From assembly GCA_012295275.1 (NCBI GenBank), contig CM022671.1, positions 23,002,001 through 23,066,000 of the forward strand: 64,000 nt of DNA, written 5' to 3'. This document shows positions 45,650 through 59,604 of the stretch, in pieces. Source of the DNA: Chrysomallon squamiferum (Eukaryota; Animalia; Mollusca). The number at the start of each line of letters is the position of its first letter. Position 1 is the stretch's first letter. A program made the position numbers and the translations under genes. Below the pieces are notes generated by a model that saw nothing but the letters and a program-made list of their open reading frames with translations, was not told the DNA's origin and searched no databases.

Positions 45650-46243
45650 GTAAGTTAATTGAATTATCTGAAATACAAAATCACTGAAGACAGCTTGTCT
45701 AAAAATTTCACTGGTGATATCTTCAAATCATCTTTTTACTAATCATTGACATACACGGATTCAGATTGTACAATCCACGTAATGGTTTTATTTTCTTTAA
45801 AATTAACCTAATCTGATTTTTGAAAGTTTTTTAACCACCAAAATGGCGCCACTCTCTTTTCTGGCTCTGCTTCTGTGTTAGTTGTTACACTTTAAGTAAA
45901 GTTATTCTGCCGTATTATCAATTGCAATCATTGAGCGAGGTTGCTGAATATAGAGCAAGACCTCAAACACTTACATACGAACACATTTACGCATATATAC
46001 ATTTGTAAAGGTTTAAACATAATTCACTTAAAATAACATTATACAGAATAAACAGAAGTTTCTAATCATTTATTTAACATAAATGTCAGTTCCATTAGGT
46101 AATACTGCACACAGAGTAATAACAAGATATACGAATTTTAAAGTCTAGATAGTTTATGTTTTGTCTAATTTCGTTATCAGTTATCTTGTAATTCAGTGGT
46201 ATAAAAACATTTGATTTAATGATACAATAGAAATTTTGTGTGT

Positions 46244-46291
<48 letters not shown>

Positions 46292-46409
46292 TATTTCAGT
46301 CACAAGTTACCATATTAAAAGAGATGAAACTGTTTGTTTGCTCTTAAATGGTAAATGAAAGTGTAAATATGATTTATTTTATACTTTACAAAAACAATAC
46401 AGAAGGATA

Positions 46410-46505
<96 letters not shown>

Positions 46506-47342
46506 CCAGTCTGTAACAACAAGAATTTCAGTCATCTATCAGTCTGTAGAAAATTGGTAAAGTGTATTATCTTCGAGACGTGTTTGAAAAATAGAGCTAT
46601 GTCTATCATTTGACGCTGCTTTAAAGTTGTTTCATTTTTCAAAGAGTACTTATTGCTTGAAGCCTTCGTGTCAGATAAAATCTCTAAAGCTATGCAATTC
46701 TTGACAGCTATTATTTTTAATGCGCTGGGCCATTGTTTTACGGAAGCCGGAACATTTGATAACCGCTTGAAAACAAGAAAATGTGATAAGAAGAGAGAAA
46801 AAAAAAACATCAGCCAAAAGCGGCACCTGTTGCTGTATGATGATTATATGGGTCCTGACGATTGTTAGGTGCTGATTCTTACAGAACGAGAACAGATGGT
46901 TATAACGGTTTAACCAAGTTTTTCTGCAGCTCCAAGACGGATTAAAAGCCACATGCTTTTGTTTTCCAGCACTATTAGGAACTTCCGTGTTACAGTGCAT
47001 TTTTGTAATAGTTTTAATAAGAAAAATTTTTCTTTCTGGTAATGGGGAATTTCCTTATTAGACTTGTTAGGAAAATTTTGAACAGGCCGCCTTGACAAGA
47101 CTGAACCAGCGACCCTCTGCAAGAGAATTCAGTGATGCGATAAAAGTAACATTTATCTAGTATATAAGAAGCTGATATAGTGATATTTTGGTAAAGTTAA
47201 ACTTTTTATGTTTCAAGCGTCATTATGATGATGTAAACACAATTTTATTTTATTTTTATTTCATTTTATTTTATTTTATTTTAAATTAGAGACTATATTG
47301 TCTTTTCACCATTCTCAACATTTACGATTAAAATATCAGTCT

Positions 47343-47431
<89 letters not shown>

Positions 47432-48500
47432 TTTCCTTTTTTTCACTGTTGCTGTCTCTTACCTCGATCCATATACCTCTGTATTTCTTTTTTTTTCTTT
47501 TTATTTCTACGTGTTGGGAGTAATATCCGGTATGATATACAAGCCATCATCGCCTTGCTATTTTAATTACACTTCAGCATTTGGTTCGTGTCCTTCTCCA
47601 TTTGCCAAGTAATTTAATTTCGTTTCATTCATTTTCTACAGCTTAACGTGAGCAATTAAACACGTTTTTTTCTTGTTTCTTCCCAAAATGCCATCTTGAT
47701 TTACTTCCCCTGAACGCCACTGAAACTGCCACAGAAATAAACTGATTTACATCTCCTATCAAATAACAGACTATAAAATACCTAGTGTGAAAAGTAAATC
47801 AGGTTTTTTTTTTTATTATTTATTTTTTTTTTTTTTTCCTGGTGCCATTCGGAAATGCTGAAAACTAAAAACAATGTTTGACATAGGCCTAAAAATAAAA
47901 ACTTTTAATCGAAGTTATTTAATTAGTTTTGCATACTTTACATAAATAATACAAAAGTAAGCACACAACGAAAACAAAGCAACAACAACAATAACAAAAC
48001 AAATTAACCTACACCCGCAAAAAACCCAACCCCAAAACCCAACAACAACAAACATATGTTACATTCTTTTGATTCATAAACGTCTATAGTAAAATGCACA
48101 ATATATCATAACATGAAAATTACTTATGACATTAAGAAAAAATCAGTTTTTACATTAGAGAAATTTTCCTTTACTGATTATCGTTTGACTGACTATGAAA
48201 AACATCAATTTTCATATATATTTTTTGGAAAATACTTATGTAAACTTTTAAAATTAACACACAAAAGTCACAAGTGTTCCATTAAAGTGATGTGAATATA
48301 TCATTGTATTAGCAATGAAATAACAGATGTGTATATGTCAAAATATATGCAATGAAACATAGTTAATCGGTGTTTTTCCAAGCAAGCTATTTGTTTCCGA
48401 GAAGGTATGTTAAGAAACTGATATATTTTCATTTATTTAATGGATAGGTAAATATTTTGCTAAAGACCTTTTTCAATTTTATTTTTTTTTTTTTTTTTTT

Positions 48501-48600
48501 ATAGATATGAAACACTTGAAGAAACTTCAAAAGAAAAATATCTAAAATCCAAAACAATCTTGAAACTTGTTTTAATTTTGTATTTTCCGATACTCGTAAT
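48501..48600 (+). repeat. Dispersed ~100-bp repeat, copy 1 (copy 2 at 51811-51913)
   Basis: aacacttgaagaaacttcaaaagaaaaatatctaaaatccaaaac...ttttgtattttccgatactcgtaa aligns with aacacttcaagaaacatcaaagaaaatatttatataaaatccaaaac...ttttgtattctccgaaacccgtaa. Confidence 0.7.
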
Positions 48601-50841
48601 AAATTAAAATAGTTTTTTTTTTTTTGCAAACTAAGCATGCCTGAATACATCAAGATGAAAGGGTATTATTATTAGTAGTAATATGACGGCTTTACAGACA
48701 CGTCTGAAACATGGTTCTATTACTTTTCAACGGTTACGGGCTTCTTAAAATGACGTTGGGCGTGCAGGTAAGAATGCAGCAGACTCTGGCACGAGTTCTG
48801 AAGCGCTTGATTTTCCATTTACCTTGATATTTTGGAATCGTTTGTAGTCTGCGAACGTGAGACGGTAATGATTCAAGGCTCTGGTCTGGCGTTGACAGAC
48901 ACGCGAGTTTGACGCGAACTCGATGTGAACTTCAGTGAGGCGAGCGCTAACGTATTGTGATACTCTGACAAGAAAACAACACAAAAATGTTAAGAAGTTC
49001 ACTTGACTGAGTGATAGATTAGGTTACTTAAATATTTGTTTTCACTTCACTATTCTCGTCTCTTTACCTTTCTCTTGCTGTGTGTTTCTGTCTCTTATAC
49101 ATTCTCGTTCTGTCTCATTCCCCTGTTATGTCTCTATCTCTCTCACTCATTGTATCATTGGGTGTAGCGTGGGCGTGGACACAGGGACAGGTGCCCCGGG
49201 CGCAGGATTCCTAGGTTCACTACTGGACTAGTGGAAGGGATTTGGAGATGGCTAATTTCCACGGGTTAGAGGGCTCAATACATTTGCCTTACACCTTGGC
49301 GCTGCCAACCAACAGCATTATATATCTCTATCCGTGTTACTCTCTCTGTATTTGTTCAGTTTACATATATACAGGGATGGATCTGTTAGAAAACTCAAGA
49401 AGGTTAAGCTTCCTGGTCTCTAATATTGGAGGAGCCCCCTGAAGCGACTTTAGTCGATATTGCTTCAAAATTTTAATCCAGATCTGAGATACCGTGGTTA
49501 AATCGGAAAAAAACAAAACCCCCAAAACCTCGTCAAAAGCGAAAAGTATTCTTATTTCGAATAACAATCTGTCAGTCAAATTCTTTCTTTCTATCTGGAA
49601 ACCATTTTGCGATGTTGCATTCGTTTTTCTTATGTTTTCTTTCGTTCTTTCTTTCTTTCTTTTTTTTTTTCTTTTCTCTTTTGATTTTTCTTGTTTTGAT
49701 ATCAAGTTTTACTTGTCAGATAATGTTTTAAGGGTTTTTCCTGTCGTTAGGGACAGTTTAAACAGTTCTTATCTAACGTCACAGATAGATGAGATCATTT
49801 CACAAACGCGGCTTAACATGTGTGCAGGAAATGGAGACGTTCTCCTTTATAATCGGTATTTTAAGATAGAAGGTTTTAAAATTTAGTTTTCTCATAGAGA
49901 TTCTAAATGCCATATATTCTATAATAGCTGAAATTTTTATCAAAATCCATCTCAGTTTAAGATATTTTCTGATATCTGGTTTTAACCGTTTTCTTTTATC
50001 TATTTTTACACTTTATTTGAACTGGTAGATATTACGTAAACGCACATACAAACAAACAAACAATAAATAAAATAATAATATTAATAACAACAACAATAAT
50101 AATAATAATAATAATAATAATGCTGGAACAAAACAAAAAAAAAAGAAAAAGAAAAAACAAAAAAAAAAAAGAAAAACAAAAAAAAAAGAAGAAAAAAACT
50201 TTATACGCTCTTTAAATAGTTATTTCCTCCCTCTGTTAATGAGGCACCCACTATAAACTCAGATGAATGCCAATAGGCGCAACGCATCATTGACTACTCG
50301 GTACGTTTTCTGAACCGCAGATTTTAGTTACACGTGTTTATTTTCACACGGCTCAGTCTATAAGTGGAAAACGCAATTGCGTTTCTTTTGTAACAACAAA
50401 ATGCATTTGCATTACCAGAGAGATTGTTCAAATAAACAGAGAAAAAAAACCTCTGTGCTTTCAAAGTGCTTCTGAAAGTGAGTGGCCTGCCAAACCAATG
50501 AACATCTGGGTATCTGATTGGACCGCGGATAGTGGCCAAATATTCAGGACATGCACGTTTAACGACTGCATCCATTATGCAGATACGTGTGTTGAGAATA
50601 GTGCTGCCAAAACACATATACCTGCCACATTGTTGTACTGTCAAATACAGATGTTTCCTTCACTTTTTACCACTTCGGACAAACACTGTAAAATAATATA
50701 GCTACGATAATTGTATGTTCACTGCGTCTTTAACATTGTTTTTGTCTTTCTTAATCTCTGAATGTCGGTCTGCCTATTTGTCTCTTTTTGTGTATCATAC
50801 AACATGCACCCATTCACCCGCAAGCTTTAAAGATACATAAG

Positions 50842-50910
<69 letters not shown>
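50842..50910. repeat. (GATA)n microsatellite
   Basis: Perfect agat run. Confidence 0.95.
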
Positions 50911-51110
50911 GTAGGTCGAGAAAGAGAGAGAGCGAGAGAGATGATACTAAAGAAAAGCAACCTACATGTTATAAAGAATTACCATCATACTAAAATTATT
51001 AAATATTAAACAAAACAAAAAATCTATAACATTTTTTTAAAGATCAAATTATGCCTCTGTCTGTAGTTTATGACTTTCCGTTCTCAGGTGATTGTTTTGT
51101 TTTGTTTTAG

Positions 51111-51248
51111 GATGGACTCTGATACAACGTCGTCAAGACGGATCGGTTGATTTCTTCCGGTCATGGGACGACTACAAGAAAGGATTTGGAGAGTTACATG
51201 GTGAATTCTGGATCGGCAACGATAACCTGCACTATCTGACTCAGAAAG
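51111..51248 (+). CDS. FReD protein coding exon 3
   Basis: Acceptor tttgttttag| at 51110, donor G|GTTTGT at 51249; 138 nt. Translates (G)[45 protein letters not shown], the hallmark GWTxIQRR.DGS.DF.R.W.DYK.GFG....EFW.GN of fibrinogen C-terminal domains. Confidence 0.96.
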
Positions 51249-51263
51249 GTTTGTATTAGAAAA

Positions 51264-51331
<68 letters not shown>

Positions 51332-51810
51332 GTATACAACATCTAATTTATTGTCGGAAAAAGAATTATTCATATTTCAACAATATTTTCTTTTTTAGGT
51401 TTGTGTTAGAAAAATACACACCTAAAAATAAAATAATAAAAAACCCACAAAAAACCCCAAACAAACAAATACAAAAAAAAAAAAAAAAAACAAACATAAA
51501 AAAATAAATAATAATAAACAAAAAATAAATGAATGTTACATCTATTTTATGTTTAGTATTAATAATTACATGACTTAACTACGGTTTCTGGCTATGTATA
51601 CATACATTAAAACAAACGACAAACCTATACGTACCTTAACTAATTGATATATCATACACACATACTTACATACTCCCATACATACATACACACATACGTA
51701 CGTACGTACATACATACATACATGAGGTATATTTATCTTCATATAAACGAAAACGTCTTAATGTAGATCAATATAATTTATTTTCTGTTTCGTATAACCA
51801 ACATATGTTA

Positions 51811-51913
51811 AAAGATACATTGAACACTTCAAGAAACATCAAAGAAAATATTTATATAAAATCCAAAACCGTTTTAAACATGTTTTACTTTTGTATTCTC
51901 CGAAACCCGTAAG
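51811..51913 (+). repeat. Dispersed ~100-bp repeat, copy 2
   Basis: Same-orientation diverged match to 48501-48600. Confidence 0.7.
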
Positions 51914-52877
51914 TTTAGAAAAAGTATTTTCCGTGACGTGTATTTATAGTACAGTTCACTGGAACAACAGTAACAATCTGTTCCAGAATGTTCTTAACAA
52001 CAGTTCCATTACGTCCACAACAACACAGTAATAATCTCTGTTACACTTGTATCGCTATTTAAAACTTGTTTCGAGTTAAGTGTCATTATGTTTTTAAAAA
52101 TACATATAATCGTAGTCTTTTTTAAATGATGTAATTTACATTTTCAAAAGTATTTTGCATACTCCAATCTTTTAGGCATCGAACAAAAGTATCTTCTTAA
52201 CTTTGTAGATGATCTTGAAAAAGGAATGTTAATCAGTTATTAATCATTTGTCTTATCATTACATCGACTGCAGGAACAAACGCATAATCTCTGGCACATC
52301 ACCATAATACTGAAGCGAATATGTCGAAGATAACAGAAGTTTAAAATAAAAGCACTGAGTTCAGTCTAAGCAATGAAAACTTTGCTGCGTCTGAATATAA
52401 CATAGTGTTTGCAAACTCCTTCTGTTAATAACTGTTATAATAAGAAACAAATTTATCACATTGTTCTTCTTTAGATCCTGCGAATGATTCTTATTTTGTG
52501 TTTTTATATTTATATTTTTGATTATTCATTTGATTGTTCTTCACATACTAATGTCAGTGACATTTGCTTTCGTACCAGACTGGTACGAGACGTGTTATGT
52601 AGCTACAAGCTTCCGGGTACCCTCCACATATTTGTTTCCAAATTTCACGTCATATTCATACTTCTTACCCGTGTCTAAAAAAAAAAAAAAAAAATTCATA
52701 TTAAACTAACCAGATTATTTTGTTAAGTCATTATTTAAACATCAATAGACCTAAACGTTGGACGATTAACTGAAAGTATTCAAGAAATTAATTATAAAAT
52801 TAAACAATGGATATTATAAAGCTGTGTTTTAAAAGAACGATAAGAGAGTAGATAAAGAGATGAGTAAATAGAAGTTT

Positions 52878-53840
52878 TCAGTAAGACTTGTTGTAGTTAA
52901 AGTTGTACGTACTTGGATCGAGATACGACCCTGTGAACAGTCTGGTGGGTTGGCCCAGTATGCTGCTGGTTCTGGCTCTGGGTTCAGGCGTTGATCCAGC
53001 TTTGTGCGGCGGACTGTACGCATAGCGAGGTTCCCGTACACTGTCCCGAGTCTGTCCGAAAAAGTTGTGTCTTGTCGGAAGATCTCGAGTAAGGACGTTG
53101 CCTGTTCTTGGAGCCAGCTTTCTGATTCTGGGGTCATGGACCGGAGTTTTACGAACGTTGTTTCTCGAAGGATAACGAAAAGTGTTCGGACTCGGCCGAA
53201 TTACGTGCACCTGGCTGACGCTGTCGAACTGGGTAACCTCCTGTTGGTACTGCTGCTCCAGCGGGTCGAATTCCTCTTTAGGCTGATACAGAAAATCCTC
53301 CGTTATCACCGAAAGTTCGGGTGTTGCCGAAATTTTGGATCTCTGATCCTGTTTTCTGAGATTCAGTTTTGGTATGTTAGCCGGCTTGGTTGGGGCTGAA
53401 TACGGCGGCGTTTCTCTTGGTGCTTTGGCTTCCGGTTGTTGGAAAAATGGCGGCGCTGTCTTTGCTGTTACCGGTGGACGAAGAGGCTTTTTCTTTCGTA
53501 AAGGAGAAGCTAGAGATGGTTTCTTGCGCATGTTTGCCGGGGGTTCGAACGTCTGCACTGTCCACGGATAAGCGAACACGTCGTCCTGCGCAGGCTGCAA
53601 ATGATGTCTCTCTGGGTGCGGACACCGAATTTCGTCATAGACCATGGAGGGGATGAGGATGCTGCTTGGTTTTGGGAAGCAGACACAACTGTAGGGATCA
53701 TTAGGGTCGTAGTCTGCAATATTCACTCGACCAGGAAATTCGTTGATGTCGTCTGGTATATTTTCATGCCATACGGCAACTTCGAGACGTGGTGTCTTTC
53801 GACGATCACGTCGTGAATCGTAGCCGTTTCTTCGGTACAT
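52878..53840 (-). CDS. Uncharacterised 320-aa Pro-rich protein with N-terminal CxC...CxH motif; single coding exon nested antisense in FReD intron 3
   Basis: 963-nt uninterrupted non-repetitive ORF, clearly more GC-rich than the flanking intron. A plausible - strand acceptor (tcattcattcgtctgacatttag|) lies 8 nt upstream of the ATG, so an upstream exon may exist. Shares a motif with the ORF at 63103. Confidence 0.8.
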   Translation of the reverse strand: MYRRNGYDSRRDRRKTPRLEVAVWHENIPDDINEFPGRVNIADYDPNDPYSCVCFPKPSSILIPSMVYDEIRCPHPERHHLQPAQDDVFAYPWTVQTFEPPANMRKKPSLASPLRKKKPLRPPVTAKTAPPFFQQPEAKAPRETPPYSAPTKPANIPKLNLRKQDQRSKISATPELSVITEDFLYQPKEEFDPLEQQYQQEVTQFDSVSQVHVIRPSPNTFRYPSRNNVRKTPVHDPRIRKLAPRTGNVLTRDLPTRHNFFGQTRDSVREPRYAYSPPHKAGSTPEPRARTSSILGQPTRLFTGSYLDPSTYNFNYNKSY

Positions 53841-54844
53841 AATTAAATCTAAATGTCAGACGAATGAATGAATGACGTAATAACTGAATGTATTTTCTGT
53901 TCTTAATTTTTAATCCAGGCACAAAACAAATCTTAATCCATTTAAACAAAACATACACTAGTAGTTACATAATTTTATATCCATATATATTATTAAAGCC
54001 AGAAAATTAAAACTGTAAAAATCCATGTTTATTTCCTTGGCACAGGCCTGTTTAATATTTTAACATATTTTCGGCGTCCAGTCGCTTATTTTCAAGAACA
54101 GTAGAGCCAGTTATGACCTAGACTCACACAAAAGTCACATACTTTTCCACGGAGATAAACACAAAACATAAAGACGTATGAGGATGTATGAAATATCCAG
54201 AAGATTTAAAACCAAGAATGGTCCTGAAATCACTTGAAATTAATCAAATTCCAATATAACTTCAGACAATCTATTATTTCCATCAACAGCTATATATCCG
54301 TTTCCATTATGTTCTCGTCATAAAACACTGTTATTTTTTTTTTTTTTTTTTTTGGTCAGTATTTGAGCATGCGTACCCTACACTTACACACTCGTTTGAA
54401 CATGACGTTAGGTGAAGTTAAACACCTTCACATACATGACTGAATATTTTCAACAGACGTGTAATACAAATCTGTAAATGGTTACCGACTGGGGTATCGT
54501 CAATAACTACCAATCGAGATTAGAAACGTTTGATACGTTGAACGCTGTCTATTCATCTTTACACGGATGACAAAAGCCGGAGTTGTTTGCACCCGAGGCG
54601 TTCTTTGACAACGTCACAAAAGAAAGTGTTTAGTTACACCGAATAACGGGTGACGTTACTGCAAATGTTTATGTGCAGGCTGTTTGTCAAAGGCATGTGA
54701 ACGTGTTATGATTCGGCAATGAAGCGTGACGTCGTTTCAGTATTAATGTTGATTTCTTAACTCGCTAACTTCTCAGTATTAAACTTTCCTGTGCCCTCAC
54801 ACGCTGTGAATGGATCTTTGGCATGTGTCATACACTGCTTTGGG

Positions 54845-54880
<36 letters not shown>

Positions 54881-55173
54881 TATTTATTTAAAAAAAAAAA
54901 AAAAAAATTATTATTAATAATATATATATATATATTTTTTCTTCTTCTTCTTTTGTTTTTAAATATATGTTTAATTAAATGTATTTCTGATACTCAGTAT
55001 AATTTGAAGAAAACCTGTTTCCATACCTACTATCCGCTGTCTGCTTCGAGTTGTTTTAAAATAAAATGTGATGACAGTAATAATGATCTGAACAATGTCT
55101 ACTGTCCTTATATTTACACAGTGAATTTTCTGACACGGAATGCAATGACAGTTATAACAATGTAGTTTGAACA

Positions 55174-55472
55174 GTTCCTATATCAACACTGTGCCTTTTT
55201 TTGTATTCTAATATAAATTACAATACGTTATTGGAATAGTAATAACAATACTCTCCATTCTTATATTTTCTAATACAGTATGACACTAAGAACGTCGTTA
55301 ATTTTACAAACACCTGCTCGTTACTATGTCACTTCACCAAATGTCCAGGTTTTTTTTTGTTTCTTTCAGGTTTTTTTCGGAATACACACACACACACGCA
55401 CGTCGCACGCACGCACACACACAGACAGATATTAAGACATGAATATACTTGTTTCGTTAAATTTAATATTAA

Positions 55473-55517
<45 letters not shown>

Positions 55518-55714
55518 TACAAAATAATTTATTAATAACTGGTTATCTTTATTGTTTAAAGTAACTAATTCCAGTGGATGCCTGTCTGTTCCATGACATG
55601 CGTTCTTTGAATAAAACTGGCAAAGCCAGATACTCTTCTCGTCAGTTTTGGCTAAACACATATATATATATGTTCCTATATCAACACTGTGCCTTTTGAG
55701 TGTATTCTAATATA
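55174..55714 (+). repeat. Pair of ~42-bp direct repeats (55174-55215 and 55672-55714)
   Basis: gttcctatatcaacactgtgcctttt...tgtattctaatata is present twice, ~500 bp apart. Confidence 0.8.
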
Positions 55715-56001
55715 TATATATATACACATATTTTCAAGGATTTTTCTGCTGATGGGAAGGGTTCTTATTTTTAAGTTCTGATAATAATAATCCCATTCAT
55801 ATTCAGTATATACAAATAACAAGTAAAGTTTAGCCAATATATGTATGTATGTATGTAATTTAAAGGTTTCATACAACTGGAAAGATGTGAGTTTATTAAT
55901 AAGGTTATCTGTCAAGAATGTCCTAAACTGTGGATGTTTGTCGACGCAAATTTAATGTCATCTATTTTATTTACTTTTATCTTTCGTGTCTGCTCTTTTA
56001 G

Positions 56002-56441
56002 ACGACTCGGTGCTTCATCTTGAGCTGCAAGACTGGGATGGTATGACGTTCACCGCCACCTACGACCACTTCCAAGTGGGATCAGAAGAAGAAAAATACA
56101 AGCTCAAGATCAGCGGTTACCACGGCAACGCCGGCGACTCGCTGACGTCCCACTGGGAGAGCCACGACGGCATGGCATTCAGCACCAAGGACAGAGACAA
56201 CGACAGTCGTTTCTATGACAACTGCGCGCAGGACTTCCACGGCGGCTGGTGGTTCAAAAACTGCTTTGACAGCCACCTCAACGGAAAATACTACCACAAA
56301 GGCTTCCATAGCAACTACTTCAACAACGACGGAATACTGTGGAAGAGCGTGCACCAGTACAGGTCTCTCAAATACACGGAAATGATGATAAAACCAGCGA
56401 ACAAACCTGCTGAAAGTCGACAGCTGAGCAACGACGTGTGA
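56002..56441 (+). CDS. FReD protein last coding exon (C-terminal half of FBG domain)
   Basis: Acceptor ctcttttag| at 56001. Contains LELQDWDG, YHGNAGDSL, FSTKDRDND, NCA....GGWWFKNC..SHLNGKY and SLKYTEMMIKP; ends in TGA at 56439-56441. The joined CDS is 1206 nt (401 aa + stop). Confidence 0.96.
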
Positions 56442-56492
56442 ACGTCAGAACAAACGGTCCCATGATGACATTGGCGTTAAATTACAATGGAG

Positions 56493-56524
<32 letters not shown>

Positions 56525-58037
56525 CACCGTGCTATCTGTCTTAGAAACTCCTCCGATAACATTCGGCATGGCTGATAATTCAGATAAAGACGATTGCATT
56601 GTAAAAAAAAAATTTAGCATGCTTTATCAGAGTTTATAAACAGGCTTATCTGACAAAGTAGCTAAATAGGTAACAAAATATTTACATGCGGTCATGTTGT
56701 AGACAACGTATCGTTCAACATGGAGAAAAAAAAAAAATACATTTCTTGTTTTTTCAACTATTACTGAATGTAGTAAGAACTGTTGCCATCTTTTTAACAC
56801 TTGTTGTATTATACTATGTGTATTTTGTGCTATTCACTGCAAAAGAACGAAAAACTGTTAATAAGCTCTGTGGACGAATCAATTAACTGACTGTGTAGAG
56901 AGTTTCGTCGTTGATATCAGTACGAGCTGACGTAATAGCGTTCATTATTCAAAGAAAATGATGTAGATTGACGTAATATTGTTGACTGATCCTTGAAAAT
57001 GGGGTGTAGGTTAACGTAAGACCGTTGATCTGTCATTGTGGTTGTGAAACAAAATGTTGTGGTTTGACATTTCTGCTCAGAGTGTTTATATTTATGTATA
57101 TCTGATACATTTTGTTTTAAATGTGCCGTGTGCTTAACGTCTAACAAGAAGCTGACGTAATTTTATTTTTTAATTGCAATTTTTTAACGTCAGTGGAAAG
57201 AGGCCTATTCACTGAAAATCTGAAGAAAAGTTACAAAGATATTTTGATGTTTTTACGAAACTGAACCAAAATTTAAAGCACTGTTATAAAAAACATGTTT
57301 GGCAAGATGTTTTGAGTGAATTTAAGATTTTGCAGTGTATGCAGTGACAACAAATGTAATGAATATACCAGCATGAAATTAATGTAAATACATATTATCA
57401 GTTAAAAAAAAAAAAAAAAAAAAGAAAAAAAAAAGAACAGTAAGATGAACAAATTAGTGAGTTTAATGTTTTAAATCTATGCAATCAGTGTCTGCTTCAA
57501 CGCAAAAGAGAGACACAAAAACAAAAACGAACACTTGTTATATCTGCATTTTCTTTTTTCTTTTTTCAGTTATTATTTTAATTTTTTGTCCTATGCAATT
57601 GGTAATCTCTGTTTATTCATAAGGAGGTTTTGAAAAGATCTAAGTGCGAGATTTCGAGAAGTTTGTGATGTTCATGACATTTGTTTGCGGTCACTGCTGT
57701 TTGACCTGCTGAACATGTGAAGTATCAGAAACACAGACAGAAGTGTCCAGTAAAATACTGTGTTCAATAGGGCATACACTGTATATATATTACGTAATAT
57801 TTATGCGTTAGTATGCATGGTATGTTGACATTAGGTGTTACCTAACTCAGATCATTAGCTTAGTTTTCTTTACTCTTTTCTTTAAATACGTACATATTTT
57901 TTATGAATATTTCACAATAATTATCTATAATTATCTTTGTTATAGTTATTTATTTATTTTACTACTGCTGCTGCTGCTGCTACTACTATTACTACTACTA
58001 CTACTACTACTACCGCTACTACCATAGCTATTGCTGC

Positions 58038-58091
<54 letters not shown>

Positions 58092-59024
58092 AACAACATT
58101 TTTATGAATTAATTAATTTATTATAATTTTACGTCTTTGGAAATACGAATATCACAGTTTCTCCTTTATAATTTTGTTTTAACTTTTTTTTTTTTTTTCT
58201 TCAGAAATTGAAGGTGAACCATAACTTTTTTTTTTTTTTTCTTTCTATTTTGACACTGCTACAGGCTTCTTAGTGGTTTTGTAAATAGTATTATTAATTT
58301 TGACACATTCAGTATTATGTTTCTGTCTCACTGTATATCATCATCCGTAGAATTAGGAAAAACTCACAATCAAACAATATTAATATTTGCATGATACTTC
58401 TTTACTCAACGCTCTCCCTCGGTCGCTTTGTCGTTTGTGTTACTTTAGACTATTCATATTCGGGTGTTAGATGTAACGTTAGTTTTTCGCATGTCATGGT
58501 TATTCGAAGATTACGGATTTCGAAATAAAACGAAATTGGCACATTAACCAATTTAGCCCAAGTATGTAAATATGATTTTTTTTAAATTTTATTTAATAGT
58601 ATAATAGAAGTTCTATAATATCTTCTGTTGTTTTCAACCTCTCTTTTCAGTGTCTTTTTAATGTTAAATTAGCCAAATTTTGAAATTAAAGACTTGATTT
58701 GATTTTTAAAACTTTTTTTTTTAATTATTATTATTATTATCGTTTGAATTTATACATCTTTACTAAAATAAAACAGAAATATTTCTCGAATATTTTGTTT
58801 ATTTGTGGAAAGGGAGTATTTATAAATGTTACTAATTAAAAACTGATTGCAAATAGCAATAATTGTATAGCTGATTAATATGTATCTTGTTAATAACAGG
58901 AATCTGTGCAAAACTGAATAATAATTAGATTTTAAACTAACTAATATTTTATTAATTTATAACTCATTTTTTAAGAATAGGCCATACAGTAAAAAGGAAC
59001 AAATGTATAAGCATAATAATAACG

Positions 59025-59077
<53 letters not shown>

Positions 59078-59408
59078 CACAAACATGAATAAAATAATTT
59101 ATTCTCGACAAGTATACAAATAAATGATATTTCAGTATTTATGAATAAACCGGCTTTTGTCACACAAGATTATATCTTTTCAAATATTTTTTCTAGAATG
59201 ATTACCTTAGTATTATTCTCTTTTAAAACGTTTTATATCTCTATCTTTTGTTCACATTATTTGCAGTGAGAAAAGACCTGTCTCAGATATTGTAATCAAA
59301 TGTGAAATGTCTATTCATCCGTGGTAAATACGTAGTCAGAACTTTTCTTTACAACTCTGATTTCACTAAATTTGATATTAGTTTCAAGCTGTTTGTATGT
59401 GCTCAGGA

Positions 59409-59441
<33 letters not shown>

Positions 59442-59561
59442 TAAAAAATAAAAGAAAAAAAAAAAAAAAAAAAAAGGAATAATCGATTAACAGTTATTCT
59501 GGATTTTTGTATTGGCAAAATAAACAAACCTCATTATTTTTGATATCCGAGTCCACAAAAA

Positions 59562-59604
<43 letters not shown>

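Noticed and set aside
49160-49530. GC-rich patch resembling decayed MITE ends (also ~1330-1400, ~45750-45880)
   Set aside because: I could not establish clear terminal inverted repeats or a target-site duplication by eye.
51075-51110. Alternative acceptor ttctcag| at 51087 for exon 3
   Set aside because: It lies 23 nt upstream of the main acceptor and would shift the frame.
52829-53816. Several overlapping ORFs in alternative frames or strand
   Set aside because: They are shadows of the GC-richer 320-aa ORF with no independent support.
55986-56001. GTG start for a standalone 151-aa FBG protein
   Set aside because: This is the intron polypyrimidine tract and acceptor of the last exon.
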